DNA of 63,792 nt, filler included, from Choristocarpus tenellus KU-1152 (Eukaryota > Protista > Phaeophyceae), in NCBI GenBank assembly GCA_964200185.2. It is 11 parts of 11 records of this genome, joined end to end, with 100 filler letters (N's around TTAATTAATTAA, not from the genome) between each part and the next. Parts side by side here need not be neighbours in the genome. Positions count along the whole stretch, not along the records: positions 54,670 to 60,953 come from CAXNAD020008480.1; positions 61,054 to 63,792 come from CAXNAD020025167.1; 9 more parts are not named here. One strand, given 5' to 3'. Positions 54,570 to 63,792 of the stretch are shown in pieces; position 1 is the stretch's first letter, and every line of letters starts with the position of its first letter. The position numbers and the translations under genes were made by a program. The notes under the pieces are model-generated. The model had not been told where the DNA came from, made no database searches, and worked only from the letters and a program-made list of their open reading frames with translations.

Positions 54570-57500
54570 NNNNNNNNNNNNNNNNNNNNNNNNNNNNNNN
54601 NNNNNNNNNNNNNTTAATTAATTAANNNNNNNNNNNNNNNNNNNNNNNNNNNNNNNNNNNNNNNNNNNNAAGCAGAATAGGGGTACAGAGGGGTAATTTT
54701 TGTTTAGTTTTTGGGGGGGGGGGGGGGGGGGGGGGGTGGGGGGGGGCATTACTTAGATACATGCTCTTCTTCAGTCATCTTGTTTTTTTTTGTTACAAGG
54801 GTTTGGTGTGATTTTATTTTGTCTCATTTTAGGTATGCCAGGTATGGCATCACAATTCAAGTGTCTAGTGCTTGTGTGTTTGTGAAACTTCCAAGTAGTT
54901 GTTTCATTGCCCGCAAAAAAACTGTGCAACCAAGGGGAGCAAAGCCTCTGTAGGGGAGATTGATGTGTTTATACGTTTTCATCCACACATACTGCTTTAG
55001 TAATGTGGTTGGTTGAGGGGAATACCATTCCCTTTTCTTTTCTCCCTCCAAGCAGTCATTTATAAATTGTTGTTCAAATGCAAGTTTCATTGCGTTGCAT
55101 CTTGATGCTTCACAGCGAGCATATCCAATCAATACAAAAGGGATGAGCCAGGAGACGGTAATGGTCCGTTTTTGTTCACAAAGGTACCAAAGTAGACCAA
55201 CTTATTTTTTCTTGTGCACGTGCCTCCAGGCACAGGTATACGCAATGAAGAGGACCTCCAAAATACGTGTGAGACAGACTGTGCTTCATTGATTTATATT
55301 CAGTGATACCTCGAAGTAATGAAATGTAGTACCGATATGTTTGTCCAGTAGAGTACAATATGCACTAGTCTGACGCACAAAGAGGTTAACTTCCAGAAGG
55401 AAACACAAACTACTTTGTTCAACCTAATCCTGACCACACGGAGAACGAAGACGAGGATATTCTGAAATACAGCACAAAAATAAGTAATTGACCAGTCAAG
55501 CTTACACTGAGGAAAGTTTTGTTAAAATTGGAATAATTAAAACCTTTTGCATCTGAATTGCACAATTCTTATCCTTGCCACAGAATTTTTCATGAATTGG
55601 ATAAATTAAAGAGGTGCAAAACACTGGAAAAGTGTGAAGTATCCCACACTGGACCCACAATTAAGTTGATGAATTATGTGCTTTGTCAGAGGGAAATGCC
55701 CGACTTAGTGTGAACATAGGTATTGTTACAAAGGGTTTCTGGTCTCAATGAATCGACTGAACTAGTGTGGGTCGAGGGCACCGATTACTATTCCTACAGT
55801 GTATATGGGGTTTGATATTGTCCACACTAAGAATGACGCAACTGTCTTAGTATGACAACCATACCAAGAACAACCTAATCACTGGACATGTTGTCATATA
55901 ACAAGTACATAATAAACAGAATGTTCTGACATACAATTCGCTGATATATCCACACTGGTTTTCCATCTCCTATTACCTACTCCACCAGCGGCATCTATTG
56001 TGTATCAGTAATACTATCCACACATAAAAATTAGTGTCTCTAGTCCGTCCAATAAATAAAGCTCGGACGAGTCCTGTGATTTCTGAACCCTATTCAAATG
56101 ATGTACCCAATTCCATATGGAATGTGGATCATCAGTCATTTCTGGTTTTACTTCAAGCTAAAAAGAGGGTAATGAGCAACTCTGATGTGGGGAGTTTCGA
56201 ACTAGATGTTACGGTCAAATATCCTAACTCTTAATATATATTAGTAGAGTATGGTGGGTGTAAACTAGGTCATATGCCTTAACATTCAATTAGAATTGGG
56301 AAATTTCCCTGTTGGTCTTTGACAGACACTTCTTCCATAATAACTCCCACTTAAGTACGACTTTAACAAAGAATAAAGTGGACCGACCACTTTTGAGTAT
56401 TTTATGCAAATGATAATAATTTATCGTTTACTCACTTAACAATATATGAATAATATTATTTTATATATTCTAAATATGAAATAGAAAATGTTAAGAAAAT
56501 ATCAACCTATATATTGAATATTGATGTTGACAGTCAGTCAGTAGTAGTTGTTGTATGATATGACAGACAAGATAAAATATTGATTGGCGAATGGGAAGAC
56601 ATGGTCACGATGGTGGTGTCTAGACCGTAAAAAAATGATATTTCGACAGTGTAGATAAAACGTTCTATCATGCTTAGTCCATGGTCGTTGCTACTTCAAC
56701 ATGAGTAAGGCTACGGACCGACAACGTACAAATCCGAACATGGCCGAGTCCATGGCCGTCACTACTCAACATGACTACAAACACTAAGTAGACGAGTATA
56801 AGGAAGTTTTTTAACATAGCCAAATCCATCGCCATCAATTATTTCAACATAACTTACCCACTCGCAAAACCAAGACCGTATGGCTGACATTGGACATACT
56901 AACTGCCTGTCGTGGTGGGACGCCCTAAGAAAAAATGATTTAGACGTCACTCTAAGTTTGAATAAGGGACTATTAAGTTCAAAGGAACTCACTATTTACT
57001 TGATACAGAAAATGTAGAAGTATAGGGTGAAACAAATGAAAATAGGCAAATGTTCTCAGACTTAAGGGGACCAGGAAGACCCACTTGCACGTTACCGATA
57101 ATTTCAACATCCACAAAGAACTTTATGACACAGTCTCAGTTTACACATGTATTCTCCCTTCCACACTCGAAATGATCATATTCCACTCCGGAAAAGCACT
57201 TCAAAAGAATAGTTAGGATTGAACCTTGTCAATGATTCCCCAGCTTCCACACTGAAACTTGCCACACTCTATCAATTTGGAAGAGAGAAATCCTACGCAA
57301 ACTCCCTTTCTCAGCCAAGGTTTTTTTCCTCTCTAACACAGCATTTCAAAATAATTGCTAGCACCAAATATTGACGTCGACTCTGGAACATCACATTTCC
57401 GCTTAATGTTCACTGCTGAACTATTTTTTATTTTTGACATATTTTTCGATACACCACAACTTCATGTATTGTTTTCTCTATAATCTTTCCTAACAACAAT

Positions 57501-59829
57501 CCGTCCTCCCCACATCCAAATGCTTCTCAGGGATGACGACTCCTCCCTCACAAAGCCTAAGGGAGCATGGACCTCCTCTAAGCGCTTTGCAAACACAATA
57601 ATGTCCAATAGGTTTGCAGGGGTGGAGAAATTACCCTGTATCAAACAGGCGCTACCTTTATGAGTGATACGTTTGCAGAATGGTGCTTTGGTAGCAACAA
57701 ATCCAAGTTGGGATGCGCAAGATGTGTGACATTCTGTGTCAGGAGACTTGTGGAATATCCTGAAACTAGGAGCCAAAGTAAAGAGAAGTATTCAGGTTTT
57801 GGCCGTTTTGCATTTAAAATATGTTTTTCAGTCTTGTTCGTTTACCCATATTTCCATAGATAAAGTTCTAAGCGACTTCAGGGTTTTATTTTTCTATTGC
57901 TTGAAACTTTTCTGACACAAGTCAGAAAAATCCTATAAACCTTTGTAAAAAAAGTCGAATGTTACACCTATTGGTTAGCATTCAAAAAGTGCAACTCTCG
58001 TTTACTTTGACTTCTATTCTGCGCAAGAGGAGATGGAGTGGTCCTTGCACTATTTCATCCAATGTGCCAGTCATCCATAGCTGCCCTTCAAGGGAGCATG
58101 GCTGCAATGAAAGAAGGCAGACGATCTGGCAGCGCATATTGTCAGGAGGACAATGCAATCCCAAGATGTGGTAAATGTCGTCAGGAGGAGGATGTGGTCC
58201 ACAGCGATCCTGGTATATCTGGGGGTAGTGCTAAGAACAGGAAAAGGAGGGCCAAGTTGCGGTTGTCAGCAATAAAGATATACAACAGATTAGACAATCT
58301 TTGTTTCGATTTTTGTTGTGTTATCCTTATTCCCATATGGTGTAGTGAGACACTGCATGTTTTTTTGGTGAGGAACGAAGGATTCATGGCATTCAACTCT
58401 TATGTTAGATAGTACTAGAGAAGGTAGCACAAGAAGTTTGCATAGCTTGGCAAAAATGTAGGTGAACAAACCACTACAAGGACCACAGAAACATTTAGCA
58501 ACTTCAACTACTTTCACTCCATAGCAGTTGTACCTCTTCCTCTAACATAATGTGGGTCCTGGGAACCAGCTCAACCCTCAGAACAACCATCACAGCACAT
58601 TCAACCTAACGTCGTCTATTGTGCCAAAAGCATACATAATTAATTGTAATGCATGGAGAACACCTTATCCTCAACCTCAACGACCGCTCTCTTCGTCATT
58701 AAATCCGTGGAAGAGCATTGCACATAGTGCCATAGAGTTGTATAAAATCTTCAACATATCATGAAAACATTGAAAAACTGTTTTAAATGATGCCATATAT
58801 ACTTCACAGAGATTCTACTAAATATGGTGTGGGAGTATTGAGATGATATATTTTTTTTGTGTCCAAATTGTAATGAGGTCGTCCAAAAGAATATAGCACC
58901 CAGCGTCCAAAGTACATTCACAAAAGGTGTTCTCCACTGCCAAGAAAAAATACTGGACAAAATGTGGAAACACGTTCCGAACAGTGAACATTGGAAAATA
59001 TTTCGAAAAACATACCAAAGCCCCTGTCAAAATCTTTACAAAACATCCCCAAATAGATCGCCAAAACATACTCAAAAACATGGCACAGAGTGCTACAATC
59101 ACCCCCCAAAGTACTATGAAACGTTTTTAAAACCTCCAATAAAAGCAGAAAATATATATTAAAAAAAACGGGAATATATCCTCAAAATATTCCCAATAAC
59201 GTCCAAATGATTCGAAAACAGTGTGAAATGGTTCTGGGTTGACGTCGAAGTGATTCCAACCTGATCGAAAATGAGGTGAGACATATTTTAATTACGTTCC
59301 TCAAGACTGTGGTTGCTCCTAAGAATGGGCGGGGTCTTCCCCTTTGTACTGCAACGATAGAGATATATGCCTCCCTACAATAAGGAAATAGTTTAAGACC
59401 AAAGAACAGTTGGTCGCTGGAGGTTCAACAGATGGCAACGGTCAGTCTCACCATAACGGCCAAGGGCATGGAGGGTGGTAGGAGTTTACGTGGAGGAAAG
59501 AAAAATAATAGTTATGATTCCAACCCGAAGAGTTCGGAGAAGATTCCTTGTGACAGGCGTGGTTTTACTGAACACAATGGTTTTCCTAACCTGCATTTGC
59601 ACCAAGTACCTCGATCTTCATGATGACCACAGTGGTTAGCTGGGGTAGAAAAATACGATATACTGAGCAGGATGAAACGAAGGATGAATCTCCTCATTGT
59701 AATATACAAAGAGTGCTTAGTACTGTCAACCACGCAAGCAATTCGCATTCCTGGCCACCACAGAGGACAGTGCTTCCAAGTGCAGAGTTGATGAGGGTAT
59801 ATGGTGTTAAGTGATGGGGGTTGTACAAT

Positions 59830-60600
59830 GAGAGAGTGGATCTCCAATGATGTGGCCTCGTGCTACATGACCAACACTAGAAGTGAAGTTCATGATCAAC
59901 ACTAAGAAGCAAATTTCATGACCAACTACAAGCCTTGAGAGTTGTAGATTGAAGAATTATCACCGCTAGTTAGAACTCTTTCTGTATCTATAAGGGTCAT
60001 GGTATCCCGACAGTTATGTTTCCTTGCTTGATCATGAGGTAGTAGAGGTCTTGCTGCAGGATGTCGCTCACATCCCAAGTCTTGTCTTCAATCTCTTCTC
60101 CTACCAAGCTGCAGCAAGGTATGGATGCGAAATGCATTGGGGGAAATTAGTTTCCAAAGGAAATACTGGTTGTCCACCGTACCCTTTGCTGTCAACGTAT
60201 TTCGCCGTGTGATCTGCAAAAAATACTGAAACTGTTTTGAATGTCACCATCGCCCCTTGCTTACACCTCATGGTCCCCACACTGAGGTTGATATTATCTT
60301 TTCCCATTGCTCCTACAACCACGTTCACGAGGCATTGCTCGAGTCCACTTCTGCTTCAATGGGCAATACATCGATGGGTGAGTTGGAGGAATCCTCGGAC
60401 TGCTCCATGAGAAAGGACATACGAAAGAGGATCCTGTCTAGCACATGTTTTCACGGACGGTGAGAAACCTGGGGCGGATTTTCGTCCATCTAAGTGGCAA
60501 GAGGGCTACACTTTGACTTGACAATAAGCGGTATTCAACGGTAGCTTGGGATGACATCCTCGTCTTGTTTTGCTGTATTGTCTTAAGTTGTATGTTACAA
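59830..60600 (+). pseudogene. pol: Ty1/Copia pol relic (protease, pre-integrase, integrase N-part)
   Basis: WISNDVASCYMT (cf. WxxDSGASxHMT); LQDVAHIPSLVFNLFS; HCSYNHVHEALL..GELEESSDCSMRKDIRK (HHCC region); LGRIFVHLSG..KRYSTVAWDD. Confidence 0.8.
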
Positions 60601-61367
60601 AAACTTAAGGAAGTATCTGACGTTGAGGAATATGGTTGGACAGCAGGTAGAAGGGAAGGGGAAGGTGTCTGACCAAAGTTACAAACTTCCAACGCTTTGC
60701 ATCTAGTGATAGGTACTGCTACCTTTGGTGCTCCACTACAATGGTCTGATCAATATTCCCTTTGACTCAAAGTATCTGGGCGGGGGAGGGTGTTAAAGTA
60801 TCCCCAAAATGATCAAAGAGGATAAAGGTGATAAGCCCAGCGAGATTGCTTGGTGTTTGTAGAGGCTCAAAGTATCTGGGAGGGGGTGGCGGCTGTCCAT
60901 TTAGGGCAATTTTTTTATCTTGCGATTTTTTGGTGATTTGGTTGCATACGTCGNNNNNNNNNNNNNNNNNNNNNNNNNNNNNNNNNNNNNNNNNNNNTTA
61001 ATTAATTAANNNNNNNNNNNNNNNNNNNNNNNNNNNNNNNNNNNNNNNNNNNNCCATCCTCAATTTTTGAAATCGGCTGTTATTATGTGTGGAGACACAT
61101 AATACACACTTCTCCATTGCAGGTAAGGTCCTCAGCTCCCCTCCCACCCCCCACGTGAGTCAAAACCTCAACTAGGAATTGCTCCGCCTCCTGTGTGGTG
61201 AAACACCCTAAGCTGTCCACCACGCAGGGTCGAACATCTATTAGGGAGTGACCGCACTACAACGTCGATGTTGTCAGGTGACAACTTAGAGCTCATTGGG
61301 CATCACAGTGTCCTGTGAGTGGCTTAAACAGTATTAAGCTGAGGTTCGCCCATGTACCGTTTTGGTG

Positions 61368-61685
61368 GTTACCAATCTTGATTTTTTCGTAAAGGTTGGG
61401 CAATGAGTTAATCGAGGATCAGCATATAAAATGAAAGCTCTCGATGTAAGCTATAACTGATCCAAAGAAATTTTTCGGAACAATATGTTTGGTCGTGGTA
61501 ATTCATTCCGGAACATTTCCAAGGTTGTACCGAAACCATTCGGCTAAAATTTAACCTTACCAAAAAAAAAATCCAAAGGAATTCCTTAGCACCAGTGATA
61601 GCTTACATCCAGAGCTTTCATTTGATATGCTGATCCTCAATTAACTCGTTGGCCAACCCCTTATTAAAAAATCAAGACTGGTCTC
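61368..61685. mobile_element. Long-TIR MITE / foldback element (~318 bp, ~90-bp TIRs)
   Basis: ACCAATCTTGATTTTTT..GAGTTAATCGAGGATCAGCATATAAAATGAAAGCTCTCGATGTAAGCTATAACTG versus CAGTGATAGCTTACATCCAGAGCTTTCATTTGATATGCTGATCCTCAATTAACTC..AAAAAATCAAGACTGGTCTC. Confidence 0.85.
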
Positions 61686-62180
61686 ATCCTAGAGGCGACT
61701 GCCAACACTGTAGGGGGGTTGGTTGTGGTAGTTGACTTTTTGGTAGAGAAACCAATCGCCTCCTCACATTTTTGTTTGTCATCCATCATTATCTTCGTTG
61801 AGTGCATAAATAAATGGATATGATTTACGTCATCATCATCACAGTTACTCCTTGGCTACGGAAACCGAGTAGTGGAACAAGCAAGACTATGGAAGGACAC
61901 CAGATCATAGTAGTTAGTATGAAGTGTTTTCAGAGTGAAAATTCAATAGTATTGGTAGTGTACTACTATATACTACCCCTAAGTGTAATTTTATTGTGGA
62001 GTGGAACAAACCTATTCCACAGCAAAAAAAGGGCGATCTTTTTAGGAGACGAAATGGAGAGTGCCCATTTGTTGCATTTTTTTTTCTCCATTTTTTTTTA
62101 AACAGTAGAGATCTTTGAGCACCTGGAAAAGAGAGATGTGACATTATTGAACAAAATAAAAAACTAGAAGTGGGTGAGAA

Positions 62181-62439
62181 GAGTGAAATTATCTTAGAGG
62201 GTACGAGTTTTGCCCTGTTTGTCCATTTGGGACTTGACATCCCACGGGTTTTTAATGACATACTATCTCCTCCAAAATGTTTCCGAGTAGGTAAAATTTT
62301 TACGCTATGAAAAGATGCGTCCGGAATAAGGATATTGACATCTCCTAACAATCACGATAGTCAAAATTACATCAAAATCGCAACATTGGATTTTGGCCCC
62401 CAAATAGACGCGGCTCTACTCTCTAAGATAATTTGGCTC
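62181..62439 (-). mobile_element. MITE family A, full copy
   Basis: GAGTGAAATTATCTTAGAGGGTA ... CTCTCTAAGATAATTTGGCTC; flanks AGAA/ACAA (one mismatch). Confidence 0.9.
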
Positions 62440-63792
62440 ACAACATGTTTGAGTCTAAGTAAACGAGAGGTACCCATATATATATATATATATACACATA
62501 CATATACATACAGAGTTCCATCGTAATATTGTGGTGTATAATTGGGTGTTGGGTACATGACATCAAAACCCTTAAAAGCACTCAAGAGGGTCTAAAGTGC
62601 ACCCTCCTCTGAGATAAGGATGACTCCTTCTAAATCAAGAAGCATCAGCTCTCTCTCCACTTGTTACTACACTCTTCCAAAATCGACTTGAAAAAAAATA
62701 TATGTTGACATCTCATCTCGGTCACCATCCAGTGACTTTTTATTGGCTCTTTTATTATATTTTACTACCTCTACTACAATACAACATTAGTCTCCCGGCA
62801 ACTTCCTTAACCCTATTCCAGCCTCTCTAATACTAATAATATGCATTAAAGAGAAAGATAATCTACTACACATCTACCCAACCAGCCTTTTCTATTTAGA
62901 CAAGCCTGGAGCTGCAGATAGATCTCTCACCCAAGCACAAAAAACTTTCACAGATCAACTCTGCGGACACTGAACTCAAGAATAAGAACTAAGCCACCGT
63001 AGACATTAGGCATCAATACTTCCCCTATCCATATCCTCAAAGTGACCAGGGATTGCCTCCAAAAGAAGAGGTTGAACTGAACTCACACTGAACTTACACA
63101 CGAGCTATTCCTCCCGGTTCCTTATCCTTATTATCCTTATTAGTAAAAAAGCTTGACAGTCTACAGCACCAAACTAAGCACTGTACGCAGGCATACTAAA
63201 AAGAAAAAGAAAGTGAGTATGTAGTACAGCGCATACCCTAACCCTTAAACCGAGCTACTCACACTCGAAAGGGAAACAAAAATCTTAACATTTCTCGTAC
63301 AAAAAGATTCGAAAAAATCTTCCTCCTCATCGCCTCTCTCCTGCCATCCTAAAGCAACAAACACCTAACTCAACCCACGCACCTCTCCCACCTCATCCAG
63401 GAGGAGTCAACACACACACACACACAGCTCCTCAGTTCCTACAGATACCAAACCTCATTAACACAACATGCTCCATTCCATCGACTTTAGGAGAGAGGTG
63501 GGGCAGGGGACAGGGGACAGGGGACAGGGGAGGAGGAGAGAGTTCAACTACGTCACACAAGAATCAATCAACCTTATCTCTGGGGGAAGGTCAGGTCACC
63601 AATACACAAAAAAACAACAATAATCTCAGGGACACACACACGAGACCCTTACATATCATTTTCCTTTTCACTGACTATGGTACACTGCAGCTCACTAATG
63701 CATCCCCAGGGGGGGGGGGGGGGGGGGCCCCTGGCCGGGGGTCGTCACCCCCGCGGGGGGGGGGGGGGGGGCCCATTGGTGGGGTTTTTCTC

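Noticed and set aside
59308-59410. Possible LTR upstream of the Copia pol relic
   Set aside because: No second copy in the contig and no recognisable PBS.

Overview
Eukaryotic, repeat-rich, gene-poor DNA. The intron style, the Copia and RTE types and the TTAGGG-type motifs suggest a brown-alga or stramenopile genome (inference). The window is not one locus: it is 11 short contigs joined by ten identical 100-nt linkers (44 N + TTAATTAATTAA + 44 N), so adjacency across linkers is meaningless. Two host genes can be reconstructed by splicing: an ankyrin-repeat gene (+, 14598 to >17255) and an AIDA-type C2-domain gene (-, 37079 to >39491). The rest is largely transposon material. It includes a decayed Sola2-like DDD transposase in a ~10 kb GC-richer block with extra ORFs and two minisatellites; an RT-deleted Ty1/Copia with non-canonical TG...TA LTRs, a half-tRNA PBS and a GGTCT TSD inserted into that block; and two plant-type (Stowaway-ended) mariner relics. 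There are also PIF/Harbinger, Copia, RTE and possibly Gypsy pseudogenes, and a decayed multi-exon gene with a ParB/DGQHR-like motif. At least five MITE families share a GRNYCAAAR-type terminus, make 4-bp TSDs where these can be checked, and often nest in one another. No CRISPR array, rRNA, tRNA or prokaryotic operon was seen.
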